NCBI GenBank assembly: GCA_964304625.1
Contig: OZ199838.1
Span: 4,365,354-4,429,353 of the forward strand
Reading direction: 5' to 3'
Source: Kudoa neothunni
Taxonomy: Eukaryota; Animalia; Cnidaria
Length of the DNA stretch: 64,000 nucleotides
The first letter of the stretch is position 1, and each line of letters begins with the position of its first letter. Positions 51,551 through 64,000 of this stretch are shown piece by piece. Both the position numbers and the translations under genes were made by a program. The notes under the pieces were generated by a model, which saw nothing but the letters and a program-made list of their open reading frames with translations, was not told where the DNA came from and made no database searches.

Positions 51551-52012
51551 TTCATATAAAAGAAACCGGTGATACATGTTACACATAGAAGGAAAATTAA
51601 TAAATATCACAATAATATAAAATCAAATAAGCTATTTTTATTAGATTATTTTTATAATAAATTGTCTACATTTTAAGATAACCATAGTAAAATTACGAAG
51701 AAATATTCGCGCAATAAAGACCTTAAACCGATTCTTAATATTTCTAAAGATAGTGTACATTGTGAATCGAATATGTAATCTGATACCACATAATAAAGCT
51801 AAGCACAGCGTTAGAAAGCGATAAATAAATCATTACAAAATAAACAAATGCAAAATTAGAACATTAAGCACCTCACACTTTTAACATGATAGGAAAAATT
51901 TTGAGACTCAAATTGAAAATTAAAAAATTACACAAAAAATCAATTAATTAATTGAGAAAAAAAAATAATTGAAAATTATAACAATAATAACATCAAAAAA
52001 TTATTATGAATA

Positions 52013-54212
52013 CTAATATCCAGTTGAAAGTTTCATGAGAGATTCTTCATGAAACGCTAGAGCTATAAGAACAGTTGACCCAAAAAGATATCCGAATGTA
52101 TGACATAGGAATAGCTTCAGGGGTCTTTTTGAATTTTCAAGTGATTTGATGAGATTGGGCATGAGAATAGTGAGTGAAATATAGATAAATATTCCAGCCA
52201 CAATAGGTTCGATCCACATGGCACGACCGGACTTACCAAAAAGACATCCCAGCAGCCCTCCTAACAGGCAAGAGAGAGTGGACATGAAGTTGAAAAAAAC
52301 TGCCTTTTTGACACTGAGACCACTTGACAGCATTGCAGCATAATCACCTACCTCATGTGGCACTTCATGGCAGAGAATGGCAACAGAGGTCATGATTCCT
52401 TTGAAAAAACCTTGAGGCCATGGTTCCATAAATTGGGTGGCGATAAAAATACCATCAATACAGTTATGCAAAGCATCACCCATTGTCAACATCCAAACCA
52501 CCTTATCCACTTTTCTCAATTCGGTCAAGAAACCATGTTTTACAGTAACACTGTCGCTTTCGTTGGTGGTAATAGTAGTAACACCAGCAGTATTTAAATT
52601 TTTTTCGGTACCAGTGATGAATCCATCGGAATTAGGTCGAACATCGCCCACATTCAAAGTTTTTTCGGCGGTCTGGAAATTGCCGTCATGCAAACTGTGT
52701 GAGTCAGGGTCTTCCGCGTTAACTTCCATCAGTTCGATAGCGTGCACTTGCTGAATGTGTTCAACACAGTCAATGGGAACACCAGAATGAACTCTGTGTT
52801 GGGCGAAATGATCATCAACTTTACATGTAACTTTGCAATCGACGTTAGTTAACTGGTTGTTATCCTCCTTTATTAGCGTAAAAGATTTTCTTTGTTGGCC
52901 GTTAACAGCAGTCTTTTCAGCATCTTGTGAAGCCAGGTGGAAATGGTCATGATGATGGTGGTGGTGATGATGGTGATGATGGTGACCGTCTGCGCCTAAA
53001 AATTTTGGAATAACGAGCATTATATACTCTATCAAATAGAATATATAGAGTGTTGCCACAATGATGATTCCTTTCCAAAGATAGTTTGAAGAACTATAAA
53101 TAGATTCCTCATGGTTGTGATTGTGTTCGCCGGGGCCGTGAGCATGATCCTCATGCTTACTAACATTATGTACATGAACACCCAGCGAATGAGGATACAA
53201 ATGTAGTAGGGAATCGGTTAGAAGAGCTGACACCGCAGAAGCAACAAAAAACTCCAAACAATATCTGTAAACTTTAATATTCTTTCTCAGCCCAACAATA
53301 ACAATCATCGACACCGATACCACCGAAATTATGATGATGGCAACAAAAGTAGCTAACCATCCTTTATAACCCGGTGGACGTGGAGTATCAGGAATTGGTT
53401 GTTTAGAATTTTCAGCAGACGTTGATGGTAATCCAGCCTTCATTTTAATAAAACTATTAGATTTAGATTTGTTTGGGTCAGAAAACACTTTCCCAAGTAT
53501 AGTTCTAGGATGATTCAATTGGCTGACTTTATCATTATTGCTTGAATCACTTTCACAATAAGGCATTCCCCCAAAGGCTTGTATTAACATGTTATCGAGT
53601 AATTGTTTCGCCTTTTTTTCATCATGTCTCACACTGACGTCAATCTCAGGGACAATTGTGCAGGATTTACTTTTAGAAAAATATCTGACAGTCTGGATAA
53701 TAATATCTCTTAAATCAGTACCGGTGGGATAATTTTAAAAAATTCCATATCAAATTGCCTAGTAGCTCTTTCATCCGATGTGGGGCATATTTCCTCCATT
53801 GACAAAGTAAACGTAGGCCATCCATTAATATCAGAATCGCTAAACAACGTTGATTCATCCAACACTTGCTTCATAATATCAATCATAAAGTTGTATTCGA
53901 ATGTTGTAGGTCTTAAATTATGTACATCCAAAGTTGAAGATTGTTGATGCTGGTGATTATTGGAGGAATGTTTGCACTACATAAAATTATTAACTAAAGT
54001 GATAATAATGGAAATACTTTTCCACAAAGTTCTTTTCTTGAATTTAAAAGTGGCGGTGAGCAACAATATTGCAAACCTTGATGGCGATTTTCGGTCAATT
54101 GCAATAGTCTGCACACTGCATCACCATCAACATTTACTGCCTCATTATTGTATACAAAGGGTAGACGCAATGCCAAGATGAGTGTAATCCTGGCTATGAG
54201 TTCAAATGGCAT
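52013..54212 (-). CDS. LIV-1 subfamily ZIP (SLC39A) zinc transporter, paralogue A
   Basis: Signal peptide exon 54018-54212 and 41-nt intron 53977-54017. DSLLHLYPH, GDALHNCIDG and CHEVPHEVGDYA (HEXPHE LIV-1 signature), 8 TM segments, poly-His loop. One 1-nt frameshift at ~53731. Confidence 0.93.
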
Positions 54213-55260
54213 GTCTATAATCGAGGTCCGTACGTTGTTTACTCACTACGGCAATTAGGTGGAACCCCTTGACAAGCCGGCCTTATCTAACACGTTTCTA
54301 GTTGTGCTATGACAACGCTAGATATTAATCCCTAATTTGACTGTTTAAGTAGATTAATACTGAAGTGTGATGTTTAACGTGGCTTAAATTCAATAAATTT
54401 ACAATTAATAAAATTTGGAAGTGTTAATTATATCATTACTAGTGCAGCTGGTATTATTTTATCATGATTTTAGAAGCGTGGTCGTCACTTCCATCGGGCG
54501 TGGAGTGTTTTAATTAGGGGTGAGTATTTACCAAAACCTGGTTTCCTAAATCAAAATAGGAAGTTTCGCACTTCTTTAACAAAAACATTGAGTTATCAAC
54601 TGTTTTATAAGTTTATTTGTGTAAATAGTGATGGATAATTACGTTTGAAAATTTGGCACTTATTACATAACTAATATTAGTTAAATTATCATTTATATAA
54701 TTTAACTCAATACTGGATGTTTATCGTGTTATTATGTTAATGATGATAAAATGATTCACTATATAGATTAAGACGAACAATTATATTATTATTTAAAAAT
54801 CATGTCAATTAAACTTTTGAAGATTTAAACATGACGTCGACGTATTTAGTGGTTTTTGATTTATAATAATTTTCTAATGAGTTTAAAACTACGATTTATT
54901 CTATGCTTGGTTTTTGGACTAATCATTGGGCAATATATGAAACAACAGATTGTGTCTATTTGGTAGATAAAATTTAAGTGGAGATTTATTTAGAAATTTA
55001 TTATTGTTTTATTGGAGTGCTGTAATATTTCCTTAATTCTATGTGAATTAAAATCTCCTGAACATTATTTAATCTATAACGAATTATACCATATTTATAT
55101 TCGTATAGATTAAATATTTAAAATGCAAACTGATCGTAAATTCATAATTGGAATCATCAAGGAAAAGACGAATAACTCCTAAAGGTATCACGCTAATCTC
55201 TTCGTCAAATGATCTCGGCCAAACTCGTTGACGTCAAATTTAAACTTCCAGATTTCTAGA

Positions 55261-55284
55261 TATATATATATATATATATATATA
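55261..55284. repeat. (TA)n microsatellite
   Basis: About 12 TA units. Confidence 0.9.
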
Positions 55285-55823
55285 TTTATTTATTAAGTTT
55301 TATGTATTTTAATTAGAATTAAAGTATTTTAAATTCATTTACATTCTAATATGCGCATTAGATTAAAATTTAATGCCTATAAAAATCCTTTTTATGCTTT
55401 TGTATGTCCGAGCACACGCGTGCAATGGGCTTTACTTTTAGAAATATTTTTTTAAGAATTCGTAATGCTGAAAAATTATAAAATATTTATAAATTTATTA
55501 TTATTAATTTTTCGTTGGCTATTTAACAAGTTATGATATTAGATATTTCAAATTATAATCAGATTAATAGCTTATATAGGAATTGTATTGAAACGATTCA
55601 CAATAATACTCTGTTGAAATTAGCATTATTGATTTTTGACCACTGAAATAAGTTAATTCAACTAACATAGTCACAAAAACGTTAGATAAGCCGATTGGTG
55701 TCATTTTATTGCAGCAGAAATCATTAATATTATGTTTTTAAGTAAAACTACATCTACATTAAAGTTATTTCGTGAATTTATTTTGTTTAATATATACATT
55801 AAGCGAATAGTTGAGACCATTAA

Positions 55824-57941
55824 CCCTCTAACGGATTTGGGGCGTATTACACCCCAACCCGCGTTTAATGTGGACATGAAATTTTACAACCTTCTCATAG
55901 AAAATTGAAGTTTACGCAACTTTCCTGTATTTATTAAACGCAAAACATATCAAAAACTTGGCCAAAATATAAGCTCAGGTCATGCTAAAAGAAATCCACC
56001 CTGTAACGGGTTTGGGGTGATAAACATCACAGGGTTTTTTGTTTATATTAACTTGAAAAAGTATAAATAATTAAATGAGAAAATCCTGTAAAATTCCATC
56101 GACAAATTTCCATGAAAATCTGCAAATAGTATCCCACCTAATACAATGCGGCATTCTTCGTCGATCGGTCGAAAGTTTCCGTTGATACAATACAGTATTT
56201 CACGGCTAAGATGCAGACATGGCGCGCGCTAGTCAGTTTTTAAGAATTAAGATTCAGATATGCCTGTTGAATCAGAAATTATTAATAAAATAAGAAGACA
56301 ATACGAAATTTTTAATAAGATAGATAGGGAAAAGATTTTCCATCAACTCCAAGTATTCATATTTTGATATAATTTCTAAAGACATTCAGAACGAGAAGAC
56401 CAACCGTCAAATATCTGAATCTCAGGGCATTCACTAATCTACGATAAATAGAATTGTCAAAAAGATAAATGAAACGAAGTCAGAAGAAAGACTATCAACA
56501 GGTGGAGATCGCCGTTCATTATTGAACGCTGATCAAAAACAATTTATTATTAATTAAGTGGATGACAATTGTACGCTATCCCTTAAACAATTATCCGAAA
56601 AGGTCTTCGAGAAATACTCCATTATACCCTGAAAAAAATGTCATTAGGATACGAGTATAACATAAATTTTTATAATTGGCTTATGGTTTTCTTAGTTATG
56701 TGAACGAATACATATGTCTGGAACCAGAATATTCTGAAATTCTATTTATTGACGAACCTGGGTTTTCTCTGGCGACTCGATGTTCTCAAGGCAGATCACT
56801 TACAGGAGCTAGAGCAAACTTAAAAGTGAAATCTATTAGATCCCAAAAATTACGTTAATAGCGGCCATGGGCAGTAAAAAAAATTGGGGATTTAAAATTC
56901 ACACAGACGGTGTAAACCAATTTGTTTTTTCCTCATTTTTAACGGATCTTTCGAAAATTTGGAAGAAAATTCAATAAAAACAGCCATTTTAATAATGGAT
57001 AACGTCGCATTTCACAAAACCGATAGTGTAAAAACATTGATTGAAAACAGCCTCCATAAATTGTTGCTGTTACCACCCTATTCGCCATTCCTTAATTCGA
57101 TTGAGGATGTATTTGGACAACTTAAATCCATTGTGAAACGGACGGGACCCAAAACTCATTCAGAGCTGCTCAAATGTATTAGAAAAAGCCTAGAAGAAAT
57201 AACAGAAGCGAACTGTGCGAATTATGTAAAGCATTCAACATCTTATTTCTCGGCCTCTTTGCACAAAGAAGAAATTAACAATTAGAAATAAAAAATATAT
57301 ATGAATAAAATTTAAACATCCCCTATTATTTCAGCGTTACATAGGCTTTTTTAAAGTTTAATTGACATTTTTAAAAGAAAGTTTAACATCTTAATAGATA
57401 TGCGCCATTTTTGCATCTTGGTCGTGAAATACTGTATTGAGGTTCTCCTATCAGATGGACGGAGAGACGTCGATTTTGTCGGATATATCAGGTTTAATAT
57501 CTAACCAAAGTCTATTTTTAAATTATAATGTTGAAAAATACTTCCTCCGAGATTTTATTTTAATTATACGCCAATTTGAGTTATGGAGAAAAATGGGATT
57601 ATTTGAGCAAGAAGCTTGGACTAGCTGGACCATTCTGGTGAGTGAATAAAGATGAGAGCTTTCAGTGAATTTTTTGATGATATCCACTCCCTTAGTGAGG
57701 AGTTAGATAATTACTTGTTTTTAAGTTACTTAACGCAAGGCCTCATCATTCGTTGAAAATAATCTACGATGATTGATCGAACCATCCCGAATAAGATTAA
57801 GTTTTGTAATAGATGTAAAGATGCTCTAAATTCTATCGATAGAATCTATTAAAAATTCTCGAGTAAATTCAAAATTATTTTTTGAGTAAATCTAAGCAAA
57901 AAAAAGTTGGGGGTGTTTATCACCCCAAGCCCATTAGAGCA
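55824..57941. mobile_element. Non-autonomous piggyBac-like element hosting a Tc1-like insertion
   Basis: TTAA|CCCTCTAACGGATTTGGGGCGTATTACACCCCAAC at 55820. An internal direct copy lies at 55999 and an inverted copy GTTGGGGGTGTTTATCACCCCAAGCCCATTAGAG at 57906-57939; the right TTAA is decayed. Confidence 0.6.
56193..57434 (+). mobile_element. IS630-Tc1-mariner element (DD34E) with TIRs and TA TSD; transposase pseudogene 56260-57285
   Basis: ~33-bp TIR CAGTATTTCACG(G/A)C(T/C)AAGATGCA(G/A)A(C/A)ATGGCGC at both ends, TA on both sides. Motifs ILFIDEPGF, ILIMDNVAFHK and LPPYSPFLNSIE, with 34 residues between D and E. Stops and frameshifts in the 5' half. Confidence 0.92.
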
Positions 57942-59534
57942 ATGATTCCCAGCTGGAGTTCGATAGAACCCTAGGTGTGCGAAAATTCAATTCTAGGTAG
58001 ATCGATGATGATGATGATTACGATGAAAAATTCTACAACCATTAAATTTACATGAGAAGTCAACAAGAACACTATAAAAAATATTTATACGTTTATTTTT
58101 ATATCCCATACCAGAATGAATTATATGTTTTTATATTAAGTTTTGAAATTAATTAAATTGATAAAATGATGGGGGAAAACATTACCGTTATTTTATTGTG
58201 GTAAATGCTCACGCAATTCTATTAAAACGATGTAAGAGTGGTGATGTACTTATCAACGTCGGTTGTTGTAATTATAAATAATTTTCAAGTTTTATTTAAA
58301 TTTAGTTCGGCTAAAAATTCTATGAAAAATAATAAAGTATGTCTCAGTTGATCAGCAGAGCGCCAATATATCGGATTAAGTATCTTGAATATCAAATCAT
58401 TTTTATTAGAGTGAAACTTTATTTCTTCATTCCGGAATTTAATTATTTAAACTAATACGTGTATAAAATATATTGAGTGAATATATGAAGTAATTGGATA
58501 TTATTTGAAGAATGTTGATATCATAAGACTTAAAAAATGCAAAATTTTTATTTTCGAATTTAATATTATTTTCTTCTTATAAAGAGAATAAAAAATGGTT
58601 GAGTTCTTTGTGAATAGAAGAAATTTGGGTTAATGATACAAAGCGTGCTATGAATTAGACGAAAAATGGTTATTTTGAGTATTAGAGGCACTCTACTCAG
58701 GATTAAGGTCAGGAAAGGTAATGAAAAATGCAGCTAACAAAAATTATTATTAATTTAATGAATAGAATATATATATTAAAATTTATTAAGTATTTTTAGC
58801 TTGCCTGAAATAGCGCATATATTTTGTTTATGTCATTTCCGACGTTTTTTGTCAGATAAGTTTTGTTTATAGGTATAAAAAGAAAATGGACTTATTGAAA
58901 GTAAAAGGATTGTATTTAATGGTATAACTATTATTCCTATTATAAATTTTTATTTTTAACATTAAAAATTAAATATCTAATAAAACTATCATATTGGGTA
59001 AATTCCAGATTATTTTTTGCAAAAAATTACCTATAGCATACATTATTGAAGATTCTTAGTCAAGCGTTTCAACTGTAGAGTTTATTCTTATTTATGGCAC
59101 AAACTTTACAATGTGTACATTAATCATAGATTTATTTAATTGATATCAATCGCTCTGGGTTATTCAAATTAAACATATTAAGTCATTATATCAATTCTCT
59201 AATTAATTTGTAAAATTAATTTAATAGTTTCTGGCTAATTCACATTCACAGAAATTTTTCTAATTTTTCAAACAAAATTATGCGTATATTAAATAATCTA
59301 TAATCGATATAAATCGGATAATAAATATTATCTTTAGTATAAATCTTATGAAAAGGAAAGAAAAAATGCTTGTTTTCAACTCTATTGCGAGATAAATTTT
59401 AAAATAAAATTGATGGATATTGACACCATTTAAACGTTAAATAGTCAATTACACTATATATATTCTAGCAAGTACAGATCTCATGCCAGTTATAATAACA
59501 ACAATAATTTCAATAATAAATAAATAATAATAAG

Positions 59535-61558
59535 TTAGAGCTTCATGAGGGACTCTTCGTGAAATGCTATGGTTATGAGAATTCCTGAACCAAACAAGTA
59601 TCCAAAAGTATGACACAAGAAAAATTTTAGACGACTTTTAGCACCTTCAAGTGATTTCACCAGGTTGGGCATTAATATAGTGAGTGCGATGTAGATAAAT
59701 ATTCCAGCCACAATAGGTTCAATCCACATGGCACGACCAGAGCTACCCAGGAAACACCCGATCACTCCTCCCAGTAGGCAAGATAAAGTAGCTATACAGT
59801 TGAAAAAAATAGCCTTTTTAAAACTGAGGCCACTGGCTAACATTGCAGCATAATCACCTACTTCATGGGGAACCTCATGACAAAGGATAGCAACAGAGGT
59901 CATGATTCCAGTGAAGAGACCTTGAGGCCAATCTTCCATAAATTGAGTAGCAATAAAAATTCCGTCAATGCAGTTGTGTAAAGTATCACCAATTGTCAGC
60001 ATCCACACCACCTTATTCACTTTTCTTAGTTCAGCTAAGAAACCGCCTTTTTCGTTAGTAAGTGGTTTCTCACAACTTAAAGTGCAACCATTGCGATTAG
60101 GTTTGTCGGCGCTTTCATTCGAAGTATTTTGGGTGGCGTTGGCATGTTGTATATGTTCAACACAGTCAATGGGAACTCCAGAATAATGTCTATGTTGAGC
60201 CATATGATCATCCACCTTACACGTAACATTGCAATCAGTGTTTGATACTCTATTATTATCAAATTTTGTTAATACGAGAGATTCTTTTTTTTGAGGGGCT
60301 ACAGCGCCCTCTTTGCCATCATTTGGAACATGTTGAAAGTGGTCATGATGATGATGGTGATTCTGATTGTTTCCTCCAAACAATTTAGGAAGGATAAGCA
60401 TTAGATATTCAATCAAATAGAATATATAGAGAGTTGCAATGATGATAATTCCTTTCCAAAGATAATTCGAAGAGCTATAAATAGATATTTTATGGTCGCG
60501 AGGATCCTTAGTTCCATCCTCATGATCATGTCCATGAACTCCCAAAGAATGAGGATACAAGTGTAGCAGCGAGTCTGTTAGAAGAGCTGCGACCGCGGAA
60601 GCAACAAAAAATTCCAAAAAGTATCTAAATGCTTTCACATTACTTTTCAGTCCAACAATGACCATTATTGCCACCGATATCATCGAAATTATCAATATAG
60701 CAGAAAGAGTAGCTAACCATGCTCTATAACCTGGTGGATACGGAATAACATCAGGATTTGGGGTTTTAGTGGTCGATGGTATTTCGGCCCTCATACCAAT
60801 AATACGTTTCGGTTCATAGATGTGTTGGTCAGGAAAAACTGCCTTAGTTATAATTCGACGAGGGTCAAGTTGGTCAACTTTACCCTTAATGTTTGGATCA
60901 TTCTCACAGTAGGGTATCCCTCGATAAGCTTGAAACAGCATATTATCGAGCAATTGTTTCGCCTTTTTTTCATCGTGTCTGATGTTAACGTCAATCTCTG
61001 GGGCAATGGAACAGGAATCGCTTTTAGAAAAGTAGCTAACAGTTTTAATAACAATAATTTTTAAATTAACACCGGAAGGATAGGTTTTAAAAAATTCTTT
61101 ATCAAATTGTTTAGCATTTGCTTTGTCGTTAGCAGGGCATATTTTTTCTATCAACAATTTAATTGTAGGCCAACCATCAATATCAGAATTGTCATAAAAC
61201 TTTGATTCATCTATCACTTGCTTCATAACATTAATCATAAAATTGTACTCGAGAACAGTAGGCCTTCTATTGGGATCATGTGAAGTTGAAAATTGTTGAG
61301 ACTGGTTGTTAGAGGAGAAGTTACACTGATTAAAATTATCAACTAAAACGATAATAATGAAATTACTTTTTCACAAAGTTCTTGTCTTGATTTAGTAAGC
61401 GGTGGTGAGCAACAAGACTGCATATGTTGTTGGTTATTGTTGGTTAACTTTAACAGTCTACAAGCGGAATCATTATCAGTATTCATCGCATTATCATTGT
61501 AAACATCAGATAGGAATAGTGACACAATAACTGAGCATTTAATTGTAAATCCGACCAT
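59535..61558 (-). CDS. LIV-1 subfamily ZIP (SLC39A) zinc transporter, paralogue B
   Basis: Signal peptide exon 61367-61558, 41-nt intron 61326-61366 at the same position as in paralogue A, uninterrupted exon 2. GDTLHNCIDG and CHEVPHEVGDYA motifs. Confidence 0.95.
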
Positions 61559-63122
61559 TATATTGATGCTTTATTTCGGTTTAATACTTAATTGCTGCGA
61601 TGAGTTTCTGAAAAACTTCTCGTAAGCTGGTCTTAACAGGAGTGTGTCTGGTTTGGCACCGTCACGTTTGCATCATGATCATAGTTAATTTTTCAATCGG
61701 TTTATATTTTTATGTATTCAGTTCAAAAAAGGCCCCTTATTATTAATAATCATTATATAATATAGACTAAGAGTTGTTAATTACCTGATCAATATCAATT
61801 TAGACGTTATATTAAGGCAAACCTATTATTGAATACTTTATATAAGGTTATTAACCGATAAGTTGTTTTTTTAAAACATGGATAATCCATAAAGATTTAT
61901 TTAAACCCGCAACAAGGATTTTTCGTTTCCAAAGAACATGTTTATTAATTTGGGTATAATCAACTTAAATTAATCGAAAGTTGTTGCATCAAATGGACCC
62001 TTTTGTGTTTATTAATTTAATAACAAATATTATCCTCGTAAAATTATGCTTTCGATAACAAATCATGCCTCTAATGAAGCATTATTATTATTAGTATTTA
62101 GATAGCAAAACAAACTCTTGTAAGTCACGATTTTTAACACTTAAGAATGTATTAAGATAAACATGGTTGTTTTTTATATTTCATTTGGAAATAATTTCAG
62201 AAATATTTTAACTTAATGTTAAGAATTCTGCTACTTTAATTTATTGCCGAGTGCTTCTATGGCAGTGACATGTCGCTTGTTATTGTTTTTATTAGATTAT
62301 TTTATCATAAACAACTTCTATCAGCTATGACGGTGTCCCGATATATAACTAGCGTAATAATGCATTAAATCTTTTCAAACCTATTTTAATATGATCGATA
62401 ATTCGGAGAGAAAATAAACATCGAAACCATTATTGATTAAATAGTTTAAAAAATTCACTAAAAACAAAAATAACACTATGCTAATTTATTAAAGACGGGC
62501 ATATCGATTAGTCTGTTGATGTAATGATGAATTTAGCAGGTTCGCTTTAAACGATCTGTTTAAAAATAAATTTTTTGTGGTTTCTTTTAAATTTAAGCAG
62601 AATCATTGTTGAAACTTTTGTCAAAGTATTTGACTAGCGATTATAATAGTCATATTCAATGTTCTTTTATTTAATTTATAAACAATATTTTTAAATAATG
62701 ATAATTGGTACTATGGCGGCCAACTGATTTAACTTCTTTATGTCTTAAAATCACGAAATAGGAATACTTTTTGTTAAGAACACAGAAACATTCAGTTTTG
62801 TAAAAATAAAGTTATATGAAAATTTTGAAAATACTTTATTAGGCATATCATCAACTTAAATATTGCCATATGACAACATTAGGAGACACCTTCATAGAAG
62901 TGGTTATAACTTGCGCGAGCCTGGTGAGAAGAACACTGTTTTTCTTCCTAAAATGAACACATTTGACAAATCTAATAATAGATTAAAAAATTTGAAATTT
63001 TTTATATAATAGTTTACATACCAATTTATATTGATATTTTAGTATAGACGAAATTAACATTTCATTCATGTAATTTGGAGTGGATTTTAAAAAATTTGCA
63101 TCTAGAAGTCGTTGCTGTATAC

Positions 63123-63450
63123 CAATGGAGCACATATTTTTGGAGCCTCGGCCAGATCTTAATCTTGGAAAACTTCCAGGCCAGAACATTTAAAATAAAA
63201 GTTATAACTCACACTTTGGATAAATTTTCTATTCTCATGATCGACTTTTTCTCGAATTTCAGTCATCATAGCTTGGAAATGAACTAAAGATAAGCTGAAT
63301 TAAATATGAGATATACTTTGGGTGAGCAAAATAGTTGTTTTGCCCATATGTGAAGTGCAGTTTAAATTTCCCATTAATATTTGCTCATTATCAGCTCTAA
63401 AGGATGTTTATCCTTTGTGACAAAGTTTATTTTACGTTTTATTCTACTCC
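63123..63450 (-). mobile_element. Second copy of the 42.4-kb Buster/SPIN-type hAT family, further deleted
   Basis: 63123-63225 aligns by eye with 42379-42480, and 63296-63445 with 44615-44765. Terminus CAATGGAGCACA preceded by CTGTATAC. Minus strand encodes MMTEIREKVDHENRKF. Confidence 0.75.
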
Positions 63451-64000
63451 TTAATTATATTTGAGTAATTCTAATGATCTTTCGTAGTTTACGATGATAT
63501 CTACCTGTTGAACTCAGGGGGAAAACAGATTGAATCAAAATGTCAGTTAAAATTGAGGAAAATAATTATTGTCGAATCCTCTCGCGACGCACACATGAAT
63601 ACAAAGCAGGTGAAATTTGATGATGTAGAGAAATAGTAATGAAGGGTTAAATACTAATAGAAAGAACTGGTGACGTTTCATAAAACACTTGCATAATGAC
63701 CATACAAATTTTTCTGATTTTTTTAGTTTATTTATTAATTAGTAATTGTTTGAATATAATTATAAGTGTAATTACAAATAAATTTGTATTATTTATCTGA
63801 TAAAAATCGGCTAAAATATGAATAATGACCCAAAATTTCTTTGTACCAAAATTCTTACGCCATAAAAAATAAGTCGCAGTAATATGTGGCGTATTTTTTA
63901 CATATTTACACTAATCAGTTTTATATTATTTTTTATCAGATTTGCATCTAAAATCTTACCATAATGTAAATTATTCCTTTTATCATTTGAAATGTTTTTA

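Noticed and set aside
63560-63650. Possible Tigger fragment (KQVKFDDVEK)
   Set aside because: A single short motif without TIRs or further support.
1-64000. CRISPR array, rRNA, hammerhead ribozyme or prokaryotic operon
   Set aside because: No regularly spaced direct repeats, no rRNA motifs, and no CTGANGA..GAAA core with pairing stems found by eye. The genes have spliceosomal introns.

Overview
AT-rich eukaryotic nuclear DNA with spliceosomal GT-AG introns and strongly diverged animal-type housekeeping genes. This fits a fast-evolving metazoan parasite such as a myxozoan, but the taxon is an inference and cannot be fixed from this window. Genes in order: 5'-truncated tubulin-folding cofactor D (TBCD, +, to 12294, almost invisible in the ORF track because its exons are short); TRAPPC8/Trs85 (+, 12916-22786); transaldolase (-); CHMP5/Vps60 (-); THOC2 (-); an orphan protein with signal peptide, coiled coil and single TM (+, 45867-47744); and two tandem LIV-1-type ZIP (SLC39A) zinc transporter paralogues (-). 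Introns are bimodal: mostly about 26-60 nt, plus a few kb-sized ones that often carry transposon relics. Intergenic DNA holds many decayed DNA transposons (Buster/hAT, pogo/Tigger, Tc1/IS630-like DD34E, piggyBac), including three nested insertions, and a probable tRNA-derived SINE. Single-base frameshifts in several conserved genes most likely reflect long-read consensus errors, so exon coordinates are approximate. No CRISPR array, rRNA or intact tRNA was seen, and no clear new multi-gene system. The best leads are a Cys/His motif conserved in the ZIP cytoplasmic loops and the orphan surface protein.
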